A stretch of DNA of 64,000 bases, taken from assembly GCA_951406725.2 (NCBI GenBank), contig OX597817.1, forward strand, positions 13,888,001 to 13,952,000, in the 5' to 3' direction. The position numbers were made by a program, and so were the translations under genes. Each line of letters starts with the position of its first letter. Within the stretch, counting starts at the first letter, position 1. Shown here one piece after another: positions 1 to 14,529 of this stretch. The notes beneath the pieces are model-generated. The model did not search any database. It was not told the origin of the DNA and was given only the letters and a program-made list of their open reading frames with translations. The stretch is from Octopus vulgaris. Lineage: Eukaryota.

Positions 1-250
1 ATATTAAATATGTAAACGTTAGAGCTATCTTTTATCTTTTACTCGATGCAGTCATTGGACTGCGGCCATGCTGGGGTACTGCCCTGAAGGGTTTAGCCGA
101 ACAAATCGTCCCAGTACTATCTTGTTTGGTATTTACTCAATAGTATTTTACCAGACCGCTATGTAACGGCGGACAAACAAACTACAAGCACAAAAGTACA
201 TAAACATATATATATACACAGACAAACATGTATGTATATATATATATAAT

Positions 251-767
<517 letters not shown>

Positions 768-984
768 CGACGGGTATCCTCATGGTTTCAACCTACCAAA
801 TTCATTCACAAGGTATTGTTCGGTCCGGTGCTATTAAAGTAGAAAACAGTAGCCCATGGTGCCGCGCAGTGAGACTGAACCCGAAACTATATGTTTGCAA
901 AAGCGAACTTATTAACCACACAGAGATACCTGCAATGGAAATTATGAGTTTAATTAATGATTGCCTTTTGAGCTTGATAAAAAC

Positions 985-1225
985 GATTCCGCAACTTCTC
1001 GCCACCGACCAACTTGCACAGATGAGTTGTTTATGGTGATCAAATGCCTGTACTGTACATTAGCACACTCTTTCCATTCAATCGACATTGCCTGTACAGA
1101 AGTAATTGTAGAGTTATATGAAATAAAGTGTTTTGTTGAAGAACACAACACTACGGACCACCCGGTCCAGGAATCGAAACGACAATCTTGTAGTCGTGAG
1201 TGCAACACTCTAACTACGAGGCCAA
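985..1225 (-). mobile_element. Old tRNA-derived SINE
   Basis: The minus strand has an A-box-like tggcctcgtagttagagtg and a B-box-like gtttcgattcc, followed by gtgttgtgttcttcaacaaaacactttattt, which resembles the old heads near 30755, 29930 and 53100. Confidence 0.5.
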
Positions 1226-1642
1226 ATTGAGGAACTGTTTCTGGGAAAGAGACAAAAAAACAACAACAACGAAAACTGCGCATTAAGTCAGCCTAAATCG
1301 TTTTAAATCAATTCCAGTTCAGGAATCAATCAGTCAATAGAACTGTGCAGACTGTAGGACTTGTTCTTACAGTCATTGATTATAGATGTACATCACCATT
1401 TTGTGTGTATGCGTGTATTCCTGGAGATAAATGAAGTAAATGTGAGATAGAGAGAGGGGGAGGGAGGGAGGGAGAGAGAGAATGAGTAAGAGACATTTGT
1501 GTATGCTATAGAGTTATTTTATGCAGTTATTTTACTTTGCAAATAGTGCTTAAAGAGTGATACAACACACATATGTAGTCGTATGTATATCTACCTATCT
1601 GCCTATCTGTGTGTATCAGTGTGTATATATACACGTATATTT

Positions 1643-1677
<35 letters not shown>

Positions 1678-2826
1678 CACACGCACACATACACTCACAC
1701 ATACACACATACACATTAAATGGGTGAATACGCCTCTGTATGGAACATTAAAAAGCTAAAGGAGGATCAGATATGCGGTGGAAAGAAAAATAATATTAGT
1801 CTACGAGAGATATGTTCTTCGTTTTTTTTTACTATTTTTTTATATACCTGATAAGCACGGGAGATAACATTGGACATGTTTTTGCTTCATTGAACTTCAT
1901 TAGCGAAAATGTAGCTTCGCCGTAACACTAAAATACCGAAATATCTGTTTGTTAGCGTAGAAAAAGACAATTGTGGAATTAAACGTGAGTTCGTAGTATG
2001 TGTATTTTGTCTGTATCTATGTGTGTATATATGTCTCTATATATTTAAATATATACATTTAGATGTGTGTGTGTGTATGTATGTGTGCGTGTGTGTGTGT
2101 GAGTGTGTGTATATGTGTGTGTGCGTTCGTGCGCGCGTATATATGTGGGTGCATACATACATACATATATACACCGTCTGAATTTTATGAATAAATGAAA
2201 GAGAAAATCGTTTGTTTCTATTCTAAAATCTTTATCTTATTCCCAAGAAAGAAATATTTCGCGAGGAGAACTTTTAATTTGACATATTATCAACAGTGGC
2301 CACATCATACCAAGTAAATCTTGTTAGTTATTTGGGGACCATTGTCTGAAAGAATAGCTAACTCCATTGACGTAGTTGTTGCTTCGTAACCTTTACCGGG
2401 CACATCTTCCAAACTGTCTCCTTTAGTGCGCTGTAATTAGTCTCTGTTTTGTGTATGAGAAGTGAGACAGAGAGAGAGAATAATATAGTTTTATGTTACA
2501 GAACTAGATGGACGTCTTTCGGTATTTCATTTTATCTGTTTGTGAACACGGTTTAATTTCTTTTTACGAAGTATGCGCGAGAGGAAATTAATACAAATTG
2601 TTTATCATAAAATGTTATTCTATTAGAATAAAGATCTTAGGTTACCCTACGTGTGTTTTCGGCTTTCCAAGTTCCAGGGGTGAGAGTTGTTACCTCTATC
2701 TCGTACGCTTTACTTGTTTCAGTCATTGGACTGCGGCCACGCTGGGACACCATCTTTCTTCATATTCTACAGTGGTAATAATTTTGTTCTTCTGAGAAGT
2801 TCCAACGTGTATCATACTATATTATA

Positions 2827-3057
2827 TATTTCTTTACTGCCCACAAGGGGCTAAACACAGAGGGGACAAACAAGGACAGACAAAGGGATTAAGTCGATTA
2901 CATCGACCCCAGTGCGCAACTGGTACTTAATTTATCGACCCCGAAAGGATGAAAGGCAAAGTCGACCTCGGCGGAATTTGAACTCGGAACGTAGCGACAG
3001 ACCAAATACGGCCACGCATTTTTCCCGGCGTGCTAACGTTTCTGCCACCTCGCCGCC
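2827..3057 (-). mobile_element. SINE family B, full-length monomer
   Basis: Reverse complement of ggcggcgagctggcagaa...gttcaaattccgccgaggtcgactttgcctttcatcctttcggggtcg...cccttgtgggcagtaaagaaata; same family as 16448. Confidence 0.85.
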
Positions 3058-3504
3058 TATTATAGCCATTAGGATAATTTAAAATACCCCGATGTCATTA
3101 AAACGTATTTTGCAAAATGCTGTTGGTCTTTAACCCCAGACGTCTTCTGGGTATAGACTTTTGATTAAAGACACCCTATTCATGCTCAGTCTGTCTTTTT
3201 TTTTTCAATGTGTCATTCTTTTCTAAGACAGTAAGCAAAGTGTAATTTTAGAAATATGTGGTTATTATTTCTTGCAGATCGAACGACCAGGTTAAGGCGC
3301 CTTCACTGGCTCGCTTATCATGATAATGCTTGAAACGTTAAAGCGACTAAAATGGCTGAAAGCCGTGCTGCCCCAAATATATATTACACTGGTTAGTAAC
3401 ATTAAATCCCGCTGACTTCATGTCTTAAACTTCCTGAATCAACGAAATAAGTTTCCCAGTAACATAATGAAGTCCGTTACAATCAATTATATACTTTCAT
3501 TTCA

Positions 3505-3905
3505 ACCATTGTTCTTACCACGTTGTTTCGTGTTCAATCCCACCTCGTGACATCTTGGGCAAGTTTCTTCTACTGTTGCTCCGGGCCAACTAATGCCTTG
3601 TAAGTGAATTTAGTCGACGGAAACTGTGAGGAAGCCTCTCATGTATATATGCATGTGTGTACGTGCGTGTGCATGTATGTAATTATGTACGTATATGTAT
3701 CTTTATATCTATGCTTGTCCTCCCCACGACTGTTTAAGAAGTGATGTTGGGTTGTTTACATCCCTGTAGCTTTAAAGGTTGGCAAAATAAATCGATAGAA
3801 TAAATATTAGATTTAAAAGGAAGTATCGAGGTTGGTTCCTCTGACTGAAACCTGTCAAGGTGGTGCCCCAGCATGACCACAGTCCAATGACTGAGAGAAG
3901 TAAAA
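3505..3905 (+). mobile_element. Degenerate SINE family A
   Basis: Contains cttgggcaagtttcttctact...gccttgtaagtgaatt...ggaaactg, an internal TATG/TG tract and the tail ggtggtgccccagcatgaccacagtccaatgactga. Confidence 0.7.
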
Positions 3906-4274
3906 AAAGAAAAGATTAAAATTTTCAGTTTAAGTAATCTAAAGACCCCGGGTTAAAAACAGTTAAGGATCTCTTTAATTTGTCAGTGTAAATTGGTGTA
4001 TCTACTTAGTCACCCTACGCCCAAGAAACAAAATTTCCATAAATAGCGAACGATAAAATAAAGGCTGGAATGATTTAAATCCGAGGTCGATATGAAAATC
4101 GATAGAAGTGCTTCAGCATGGCCTTAATTCAACGACTGAAAGCTATACAAGAATTTTGTAGCAAGATATTTACGTCTTATTTAGGCAGAAAGACAAGTTA
4201 ATTTTCAGAACTTGTGTGTTTATGTCAGCCTTAAGGGAGAGTCATTTACATGACGTGATATGTTATTTACTTAT

Positions 4275-4620
4275 GTGCTTCTTCTCTTGTGGAGCATAGG
4301 ATATCGACAGCTTTTCTCCACTGTTCTCGACTCTAGACAGAAAAAAGAGGTAGCGGCCATTCTGTCTCGTGTCTTGTCAGTTTAGAATTGTTATCGATCA
4401 TTCTAAGCCTGCGTTTTTCTAAGTGGAGATGTTGGCACTAAGCAAAACCATTTTTACCTCATCGTGGAAGAAGTGGTCCATATTAGTCTAGCCTTTATCC
4501 TTTGGCCTCTCCAGCATGAGAGACCTCAACAACAGCTTGCACCCCGCTCGCATAGCTTTTAGGGTCATTGAGGTACACAAACCGCCATATTGCTACAAGG
4601 ATTGGACATTGTGGTGGACA
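4275..4620 (-). mobile_element. Degenerate bipartite RTE-like non-autonomous element
   Basis: The minus-strand end reads SREQWRKAVDILCSTREE, resembling an RTE ORF C-terminus. It is preceded by ggtttgtgtacctcaatgaccctaaaagctatgc, which resembles RTE 5' UTRs, with no room for a full ORF. Confidence 0.4.
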
Positions 4621-4767
4621 TGAGATGATTTGGCTTCAAGTAACAGATTCGGCACGTCCGAAATACTTCTCTGGTATCCTTGTATCTCTGGAATCCTTGT
4701 ATCTCTGGTATTTCTGGCTTATAGTATCTTTGGCTTCTTGATGTCCTTGTTCTATCTGACGTTGACT

Positions 4768-4970
4768 TCAAATTTTGGCACCAGGCCAGCAATTTCATGG
4801 GAGGTGATTAGTCGATTACATCGACCCCAGTGTTCAACTGGTATTTATTTTATCAATGTCGAAAGGATAAAAGTCGACCTCGGCGGAATTTGAACTCAGA
4901 ACGCGAAGACGGACGAAATGCAGGTAAGCATTTTGTCCGGCATGCTAGCGATTCTCCCTCCCTGTCGCCT
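4768..4970 (-). mobile_element. Older SINE related to family B
   Basis: Contains aaagtcgacctcggcggaatttgaactcagaacg and tcgattacatcgaccccagt, with a different tail (aattttggcaccaggccagcaatt). Similar degenerate copies occur near 14310, 18797, 19430, 31160, 60475 and 63414. Confidence 0.7.
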
Positions 4971-5248
4971 TCTTGTTCTATTTGATATTGTCTTAATAAT
5001 ATTCACAGACACATAACGGTGGAGTGACAGAGTCAGTAATGTTAGGATCGGAATTTAGTACCTCAAAGAAATGAGAAACACGTCTGTTGTATACGATCTG
5101 TTACACATTCAGTACAACTAATGGAGACACATGAAATTAAAACACATAAATTCCCAGCAGCAAAAGCAAAGCCCTTGTGTAAGATATGAATAATATCTAA
5201 TACTTTATATTCATAGACTCATTTACATTTTGTACAAGGATCGCCTAC

Positions 5249-5286
<38 letters not shown>

Positions 5287-5336
5287 TATATATAAAAGAG
5301 AGTTTGTATATGTTTGTGTGTGTGTGAGTGTATGTG

Positions 5337-5399
<63 letters not shown>

Positions 5400-6470
5400 T
5401 GAGTGTGCACATGTTCCTTATGCATTCCAAAACCGAGTTACCGTTTTTGACGTATGGAGTATCAAAAGATTCATAAGATTTTGGCTACCAACTAAACTAT
5501 ATTTTCAATCACTTATTTGCATTACAAAAATTTAAGATTATCATTTTTCTTTTAGTCACCTATTGTGAACGACATCTTTTACCACCACTACCACCATAAC
5601 GACGATGACGTTACATTTTCTATATGTGTTCTCGCGTTCGTTACGTACGTTAGGCCGATGACTGACAAACATTTATGAAAATGTACACATAAATATTTTA
5701 TTAAAATAACCCACAAACAAAAAATTGCATTAAAAGACATCAATTTTTCTATATGTTATGAGGAAATACAGCTTCTATCTCTCCCCCACGCACAAAAAAG
5801 ATGTATCCATATGTTTTTATGGACGAAGGTCAAGAATCTGCACTCCTGGTGTTTACCTCCGCCTATTTTATGCACATGTATATGAAAGATAATGTGTGTG
5901 TGTGTGTGTGTGTGTGAAAGAGAGGGAGAGAGAGAGAAAAGAGTGAGCGAGTGAGTGCCACTTGAACATACATGCAAAAAATTTCATACATCACAATACA
6001 CACCTTCACTCACTCTCTCCCTCCCTCCCTCCCTCCCTCCCTCCCTCAGTCACTCACTCACTCACTCTCTCTTTCTCACACACACGTGCATTTGATATAC
6101 ACGTACATCTTACACTTTCTCCTCTCACTTCCCAGAAATCCTGTCCTTTACCTCTTCTTTCTAGCATGTCCGAGGTAACATTTTTCCTCCACTTTTTTTT
6201 CGTAAATTTCTTCCGCTTCCTAAGTTTGCGATACAGGAGATTAGGATTTCACCCATAAAACATGTTCTCAATATTTTCATTTTCTCCTTCTCCACAACAT
6301 CCGCACTGCTATGTGCTCTTATGGACAAAGATAGTAATAAAAGGGCTCAGTACTGGATTTAGAGTAAAAGTTAACTAAAGAACGGTTAACAAATAAAAAA
6401 AAGACTACTATTCAAATACGATATAATCTTTCAGATATTCGGAGAACCATTTCCGGGGATGCGCTAGACG

Positions 6471-6504
<34 letters not shown>

Positions 6505-6551
6505 TCACACATATATATATATGTTTATATATATATATATATATGTTTATG

Positions 6552-6815
6552 AGCCACCTGCACAGGAGCTGGACTGGCTCTTGTGCAGGTGCCACATAAA
6601 AAGCACCATTTGAGCGTGGCCGTTGCCAGTACCACCTAACTGGCCCTCGCGCCGGTGGCACATAAAAGCACCCACTACACTCTCGGAGTAGTTGGCGTCA
6701 GAAAGGGCATCCAGCTGTAGAAACTCTGCCAGATCAGATTGGAGTCTGGTGCAGCCATCTGGTTCTCCAGACCTCAGTCAAATCGTCCATGGAAAGCGGA
6801 CATTAACCGATGATG
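6552..6815 (+). mobile_element. 3' part of a further SINE-like repeat with a (GAT)n tail
   Basis: GC-rich island in (TA)n with hairpin cacctgcacaggagc/gctcttgtgcaggtg, duplicated ggtgNcacataaaa(a)gcacc, gttggcgtcagaaagggcatccagctgtagaaac and terminus catggaaagcggacattaaccgatgatgat. Confidence 0.5.
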
Positions 6816-6842
<27 letters not shown>

Positions 6843-6846
<4 letters not shown>

Positions 6847-7130
6847 GAAGCGCAATGGCCCAGTGGTTAGGGCAGCGGATTGGCGGCCGTAGGATCGCGG
6901 TTTCGATTCCCAGACCGGGCGTTGTGAGTGTTTATTGAGCGAAAACACCTAAAAGCTCCACGAGGCTCCGGCAGGGGGTGATGAACCCTGCTGTACTCTT
7001 TCACCACTCTTTCTTCTGTTGGCCTGCTCGCTTAGCCAGCGGGGTGGCGTCATTCGAAGGCTAAAACAATGCGAACGCATTGTGACCAGCGATGTGTAAC
7101 TACATCTGATGGACTGGTCGGTCACGTGAT
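6843..7130 (+). mobile_element. SINE family C, tail type c
   Basis: tRNA-like head (tggcccagtggttagggcagcgga...ggtttcgattccc) shared with 17215 and 49523. The tail ggcctgctcgcttagccagcg...tggtcggtcacgtga recurs alone at 61027-61139. Confidence 0.8.
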
Positions 7131-7134
7131 CACG

Positions 7135-7190
<56 letters not shown>

Positions 7191-8158
7191 ATGTGTATGT
7201 ATATGTGTATATATGTATGTATGTGTGTGTTTATGTATGTATGTATGCATGTATGTACGCATGTACAGGAGGCAGAAATATATATTAGAAGAAGATAACT
7301 AGGTAGTTTTGTGCTCGCACTAAAATAACAATTCAAAGCAAAACCCATACACACCTTTCAATATGCTTATTAGCCTCATTAACTTGATCCATGTATTTAC
7401 AAAGAGTCATTTATTATCAATTTAATTAACCTCGCGAAACATCTAAACTCTATTCAATCCGCACCTAATGACTTTACCGGTCTGTTTTTCCTCGGTAATT
7501 GTATTTCATCACCGAATGAACCTGTTGCAATGAAGTACCTCTTACAAATATCAACTGAAATGCAAACAAACCTTTCCTGATTCTATATGCTCACGTCATA
7601 TTCATTCCCTATTTCTATACCCACGTAAATCTCGCTCTAGTGGAGGGATGTTTCCCCAAGTCAAAATATTTGTCAACTTTACGCCTCCATTTAAAGGCAC
7701 GTTTCATTGTTGAAGCCTTTTTACAAGATGTTTAGGGTTTTAGTTTTAGCTCCCATCTACACGATCAGCTATTAAGTTGCCTTTCGTGCTCTAAGTCGCC
7801 AGAGTGTGTTTGCTTTACACTAGCAATCGATAATGTTATATTTATAAGCTAATAATTTGTAAATAATTACAAATACACATATAAACATACATAAATACAT
7901 AGTTACGTTCATGAGTATGTATGTATGTATCTATGTATGTATAAATACATGTGCGTATATAGAAAGACAGAATGATATGCAGCTTTTATGGGGTTCATGA
8001 AAATAATGACCATGATTTTCCTGATGATGAAGATGATGATGATGGTGGTTATGGTGGTGGTGATGTTGGCGGCGGTGGGGTAATGGTGATGGTCGTAGTG
8101 GTGGTGGTGGTGGTGGTAGTGGTGGTGGTGGTAGTAGTAGAAGTAGTAGTAGTAGTAA

Positions 8159-8191
<33 letters not shown>

Positions 8192-8429
8192 CAGCAGCAG
8201 CAGCAGTTGTACACTTACTACAAAATAAATTATTTCTTTTGTTATTTGTCAAAAGAGCATTACGAGGATAAATTAGAAAGACGGGTGGAGTGAGGTGGGG
8301 TGGGGTTGGGTATAGTTATAGAATCGAGTTTGAGGAAACCGACATAAAACAAAAAAAAAAGAAAAGCAATATAAACACAAATGGGAAAAAATGAAATAAA
8401 AACCGGGTTCTAATAAGAGAATAACCACC

Positions 8430-9510
8430 CAGAACCAATCAGAGTAGCCATACAATCAAAAACAAATGCCCTCTTCTAGCTGTATTCTCCGGTCTACTTG
8501 CTCATATTGAGTGTAGGTACATACACCTTGGGGGTGGGGCATAGTAGCCACTTTTACCCATCTTTCAGCAAAAATGCTGAAACACAACACCTCTCTTCCT
8601 ACTTTCACTTTCCTTTCCAAGCGGAATTTCAAGAAACTTTTGGGATATTGACAGAAGATGAAAGTTTCTGTCCCCTCAGTTGTTCCAGTCTCGTCTTTCA
8701 CACTACATATGTTGTTCCTTCTCGAGCCATGCCTGGCTCATGAGGGCCGGTTTCCCGGTTTTCTTGGCGTATAGGTTCCTCACCTGGACGGGATGCCGGT
8801 CCGTCGCAGGTGAGCTGCAAGATGCAAGAGGAAAGAGTGAGAGAAAGTTGTGGCAAAAGAGTCAGCAGAAGTTCGCCATTACCTTCTGCCGGAGCCGCGT
8901 GGAGCTTAGGTGTTTTCGCTCATAAACGCACACCTCGCCCGGTCTGAGATTCGAACCCGCGATCCCTCGAACGCGCGTTCGATGCTGTAACCACTAGGCC
9001 ATGTGCCTCCACACACTACATATGTTGCTATAATCACACAAAATCGAGGAAAACTACCGATCACTTCCGACCAAAGAAAGAGAAGGAGCAGTGTTCATGA
9101 TGAATTCGACAGAAAGCTGGGCCTGTCCAGCACACAGCCACAGGTATTCAACACAGCTCTCTAGGTTTGCAAGATCGGATGTTGCATAACTCAAATACAT
9201 GCAAAATGGTTTCGTTCATCTGCCTGCATTTCGGACAGGTCCGACAGACGGTACTTCTGTGCTCGTAGAGTTTAACCTGGACCACTTGTATCCTGTCTCA
9301 TTGGTAGCACTGCTAAGCTAGGGATATCTGGAACATGTTCATAATTCCCTGGATGAAAGTCCTCTCGAAGAAACAGCTTTGTTTCTTCTCTTCAAAGCTA
9401 AGAATCTTCAGAAATTCTCTGAAAACGCAGTCTCTCATACCTACCACAAAGCCGCAATAGACTACCCGAGTCGAAGTCCAACTGGCTGCGTTGCCAACAA
9501 ATAACAATAA
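8430..9510 (-). pseudogene. Tx1/L1-like LINE ORF2 3' remnant (CCHC zinc knuckle), interrupted by a SINE
   Basis: The minus strand at 9184-9237 encodes CPKCRQMNETILHVFELC (C-x2-C-x7/8-H-x4-C), continuing past the SINE as ...FLKFRLERKVKVGREVLCFSIFAERWVKVA. Stops and frameshifts are present. Confidence 0.6.
8715..9011 (-). mobile_element. SINE family C, tail type b, with 16-bp TSD
   Basis: Near-identical to 52234-52537. Direct repeat cacactacatatgttg at 8699-8714 and 9012-9027. Confidence 0.85.
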
Positions 9511-11828
9511 AATGAAAAGAATAAATAGTATAACTAGTCATAACTCTTTTTTAAAAAGCATTTCTTTTACAATCTCTTTTTTTTTTTTGTAGTTTTGTTT
9601 TCTGTTTAGAAGAGCAGAAAAAGAGATGCGAGGAATGGACCTAATGATAGTTGTTACCGACCAGCGAGACGATCTTGTTTTCTCGCCTTATTGCAACCTC
9701 ATTGGTGAATGTCGTAATTATCTTGACATATGATCAATCCTTTAATCCATTCACCTTTCCTTTCAATCGTATTTGCAATATTTATTTTTCACTGGAAGAG
9801 ATTGTTAGCAGTGAATCGCACAATCTAGCACAACCTGGTACTAATGTTTTCTGAGTATTGTTTTGCTTCTTTTATTTCTAATTTTATTTGTATTTTTTTT
9901 TTCACGGCAAGATACACGCCTTGCTACTCTCGTCGTTGTAAAACGCTGAATGGTTCATTAACCAAGATTTATGAAAGGGTGCGATAGCTACAGACTAAAT
10001 CACAAATCGATGCCCATCAGTTTTGAATTGAAATGCTTTTTTATGAGCAGGCCGAAACAAAGCCATCAATTGTAATAGTGCACTGTGTAGTTTCTTCGTT
10101 TCTCCACGTCTCCCTATCGGCTAATAACATTAATATGGCACCGATCATAAAATGGTTAATGTCTTACGAGCAAATATTTATTCTGAGAATATTTCCGAAG
10201 TTTCTTTGCCAGATGATACAAAAGATATGCTATATAGCAATAACAAGAAGAAGAAAAAAAAAAAAGGAAAGAAAAGGGTAAAAGAATAAAGAGAAAAAGA
10301 AAGAAAGAAATGGGGAAATAAAAAGAATGAAAGAGTTTTCAGCTATAAAATATATAAATAAATGAAAGAATTAAAAAAGAAAATGAGTGAGAAAAGATTT
10401 GGATGAACGAACATGAGAGAAAAAAGAGAAATGAAAGCGATGGAGGAAAGGTAAGGTGTACATAGGGAGAAAGCAAATTAGAAAGTGTGTGTGTGTGTGA
10501 AAGAGAGAGAGGGAGAGAGAGAAAGAGAGAGAGGGGGAGAGACAGAGACAGAGACAGAGTGTCATTTGTATATAATGAAAGAGTATAAAAAAGGAAAATA
10601 AAAAAAAAATAAACGAAATAAAAAGAATGAGAGGGTAAGAAGCAAAGTGCAGTAAAGAAAAGGAGACAAAGAAGAAAAAGAAAGAGACAGAATATTAGAT
10701 GGGGAAAAGAAGAGGCAGAGATCGATGGGAAACAAATATCTATTATTCAGCTGATGCTATACAAATGTGATCAGGGTATTCCGTCCACTAGAGAATATTT
10801 CTGGTCTAAAGCTTTTAGACAAGAATATACAGTTTAAAGTGGAAATTTGATCTGATACTTATATTGTAAATGGCTAATTCTCCTTCAAATCACTCCCGGG
10901 TGTTTCAAAAATAGGAGAAACGCATTGAGTAAATGGAGTCTTGATATACCGTTCCTGCAAAGAGTAAGATGGGATGGTCACAGCTGAGGCGCACTTGATT
11001 ATATGGATCCTCGAACAGGGACGACCTAGATTTGAAACAGGCGCAACCAAATGCACATACACACACACATACACACACACATACACACACACATACACAC
11101 ACACACACACACACGTACACACGTATGTATGTGCATAAACACACACACGCAAATCCTACCAAAAATACAAGTTAATACCACACATACACACACACACACA
11201 CACTTACCGCCACACGCACACATACACACACACGCTATCATACATGCACACACTACCACACACACTACACGCTACCACATGCTACCACACACACACACAC
11301 GCACGCACCACATACGCACACGCACTTACCGCCACACGCACACATACACACACGCGCTATCATACATGCACACACTACCACACGCACCACACGCTACCAC
11401 AAGCTACCACACACGCGCGCGCGCACGTGCATACTGATCATTTGCGCATCCCCTGTTCCTGAAAGCATTCTCTCTTCATTCTTTCTTCCGGTCACTTTAA
11501 AAATGTAACCGCACGTGGTTGTTGGAGATCTTTTGCCACCTTCTTCTTTGACTTTCCTGTTTCCGAAAAAGAGCTATGCTCGAAATGTAAAACTTCTACT
11601 CTTTTTCTTCTCTGAGTGTCTTATTAATACATTGCTTGTGCCACGTCCAAATATTTGCTTGATTTTTCTTTTTCTCTGTATATTATTAATTGATTGTGTG
11701 TGTGTGTGTGTGTGGTTTTGGGCGGCTCGAGGCTGTAGTAGATGATACTTGCTCAAGGTGCCATGCAGAGGAACAGAACCTGGAACCATTTGGAAGCAAA
11801 CTTCTTACCGCACAACTGCATCTATGCC

Positions 11829-11869
<41 letters not shown>

Positions 11870-11871
<2 letters not shown>

Positions 11872-12060
11872 GGAAAGTTTACGAAATAAAACAAAAGACG
11901 AAGGCAGGTGGAGTACAAACAAACAAATGTATTAGTATAGCGCTCAGGAATAGAAAAAGTCTTTTACGTTTCGAGCCTACGCTCTTCGACAAAAAGATAC
12001 ACAGAAAAAAACAAGGAGAGAAAAAGATGCGTGTAGGATCTAACGATCTAGCATGGCTAA
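11870..12060 (-). mobile_element. PLE pseudo-LTR-like repeat with variant hammerhead (11960-11997)
   Basis: Minus strand TCTTT-TTGTCGA-A-GAGC gtag GCTC-GAAA-CGT-A-AAAGA; homologous to 12545, 36329 and 47427; embedded in (TA)n. Confidence 0.55.
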
Positions 12061-12125
12061 CGATCTAATATATATATATATCTGGAGGATAGATACAACA
12101 AACAGCATGATTTTGTGTACGTATG

Positions 12126-12190
<65 letters not shown>

Positions 12191-12449
12191 GTATGTATGT
12201 ATGTATATATACACATACATACGCACACAAAGTCATGCTGTTTGTTGTATCTATCCTCCAGCACTGGCACTAATCATTAAAACTGGTTCTGTGCCTTCAG
12301 AATGTCGATGCTTGCAATTGATCAAGAAGAACTAAAGCAACATCAGTCTAACCCTCTTTTACACACCAAACCAATCAGAACACACACACATACACACATA
12401 ATCATACGCACACATACGCACACACACACATTAACTTTGAAACTTTAAT

Positions 12450-12660
12450 GTCTACGCATTTTCTTTACTCTCTCTGGTCTTTTTTCTTTCATTCTCTCTT
12501 CATTATTTTCTTTTTCCATGTTCTCCCCGTTTTTTCATCCTAATTCTTTCTGCCGAAGAGCGTAAGCTTGAAACGTAAAAGACATCCATTCTTCCCAAGC
12601 GTCAAACTAATGCACCTGCTTGTTGTTCATACGCCTTTCTTCGTCTTTTGCTTTCTGTAT
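12450..12660 (+). mobile_element. PLE pseudo-LTR-like repeat with degenerate hammerhead (12545-12582)
   Basis: TCTTT-CTGCCGA-A-GAGC gtaa GCTT-GAAA-CGT-A-AAAGA, followed by caaactaatgcacctgcttgttgttcatac...cttcgtcttttg as in the 36329 copy. Confidence 0.55.
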
Positions 12661-12679
12661 ATATATATATATATATATA

Positions 12680-12842
12680 GGCTTAGGAGTGGCTGTATGG
12701 TAAGTAGCTTGCTTACGAACCGCATTGTTCCGGGTTCAGTCCCATTGCGTGGTACCTTGGGCAAGTGTCTTCTACTATAGCCTCGGGCCGACCAATGCCT
12801 TGTGAGTGGATTTGGTAGACAGAAACTGAAAGAAGCCCGTCG

Positions 12843-12903
<61 letters not shown>

Positions 12904-13095
12904 GTGTGTGTGTGTGTGTGTATGTATGTGTGTGTGTGTGTGTGTGTGGGTGTGTGTATGTTTGTGTGTCTGTGTATTTACTCTGCATCACCGCTTGACA
13001 ACCGTTGTTTGTTTGTTTACGGCGGTGTATCTTATCCGTAAAAAAGACCTATAGAAAAAGTACCAGGTTTAAAAACAATACAGGGGCGATTCATT
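12680..13095 (+). mobile_element. SINE family A
   Basis: ggagtggctgtatggtaagtagcttgc...gggttcagtccc...ccttgggcaagtgtcttctactatagcctcgggccgacc, with internal (TA)n(TG)n. Confidence 0.8.
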
Positions 13096-13331
13096 AACCT
13101 CGATTCGTTAATGAGGCAGCAAGTTAATGACTGCAAAAGTGCCACCTTCACTTTCTTTGACTTCAATAAGTGCTTATCTGCAGTTAGAGAATTATATCAC
13201 CTCGAAAGGTCAAGCCATTTATCATACTCGTATGAGATATGCATGAATACTGTACTACGATCAGCTGTGAGGCAACAATATTATGCTATAGTTATATAAA
13301 ACACCTCCCTATGATATAATACACGAAATGA

Positions 13332-13609
13332 TTTCAAGGGCCCACAGCTTTTTAATATTCTCCCAAAGAGTCTGAGGAACTTGCACAAAGTAGATGTAGC
13401 GGTTTTTAAATCAAAGCTGGACATCTTCCTGTCAAGAGTCCCAGATGAACCTACCTCACGGCAAGAGGCGCAAATGAGAGTAGCTGTATCAAACTCCATT
13501 CTTCACCAAGTGCCACATATTAGACGAGGTTCGTCGTAATAACAGTGTAGCACAAAACGGCAGTGCATCAGCATGGCTGCAGCTCTGAGCTGAAACTAGA
13601 AAAAAAAAA
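13332..13609 (+). mobile_element. 5'-truncated CR1/L2-like LINE 3' end
   Basis: Near-identical to 46237-46510 (FKGPQLFNILPKSLRNLHKVDVAVFKSKLDIFLSRVPDEP...), with 3' UTR and A-rich tail. Confidence 0.8.
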
Positions 13610-13691
13610 TACTGCATTCAAATACTCGATTATATAACATGATTATAATCTACCAACCCGGTATTTTTTTCTTTTAGTTTCTTATATATTA

Positions 13692-14196
13692 CTAGCAGTA
13701 TCGCCCGGCGTTGCTCGGGTTTGTAAGGGAAATAACTATATAAGCATTTTTAGAGAGTTACTTCCCTTATAAATTCGGGCTTTCTTAGCCATTTTTGTTT
13801 TGGTGTCTTCAAGCCATGAAGTCGTTGTTCTAAAAGAACGCTGGTTTCCTTCACAACGCATTACGACGTTGATTTCTTTACACCCCCTTCCCCACAGCTT
13901 CACGAGGGAGGGAAGGGGAGAAGCAAACAGGTGCAGCTGTGAGCGTGGACGCCAACTCCGCCGCCATCGACATACGATGCATTTTATGCATTAAAATGGA
14001 ATAAAAAATGATGTTAAATTATTTTTAAAATCGTAGACTCATCGTTGACGCGCGCTAATAGTCAGACGGGCTTGATATGAATCACGACTATAAGCTACCC
14101 GAATTTGGTTAAACTGCACCGCAAAATGTGGGAGGAGTTAGGAATCTAAATCGAAGGGGACAGACACTCACACAACTAGAGTTTTATATATATAGA
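13692..14196 (-). mobile_element. Non-autonomous Helitron
   Basis: The minus strand begins A|TC (atctatatatataaaac) and ends CTAG|T, with subterminal hairpin cccgagcaacgccggg and no TSD. The same termini occur at 25932 and 35035. Confidence 0.75.
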
Positions 14197-14493
14197 TATT
14201 ATACATGATATGATGTGATATTATCTCTCTCTTTCTCTCTCCCGCTCTCTCTCGCTCTCTCTACATATATATATAAATATATATATATATATAAATGTAT
14301 GTATGTATATTGGTTTCAAATCTTGGCACAATGTCAGCAGCTTGAAGGGAAAGGGGTCAAGTGTATTAAATCGACCCATACTGCTCAATTGGTTACTTGT
14401 TTTATCGACCCCTGAGTTGGAGTAAAGACGAACGAAATATCGCTAACCATTTAGACCGGCGTGCTAACGATTCTACCGGCTCGTTACCCTTGT

Positions 14494-14529
<36 letters not shown>
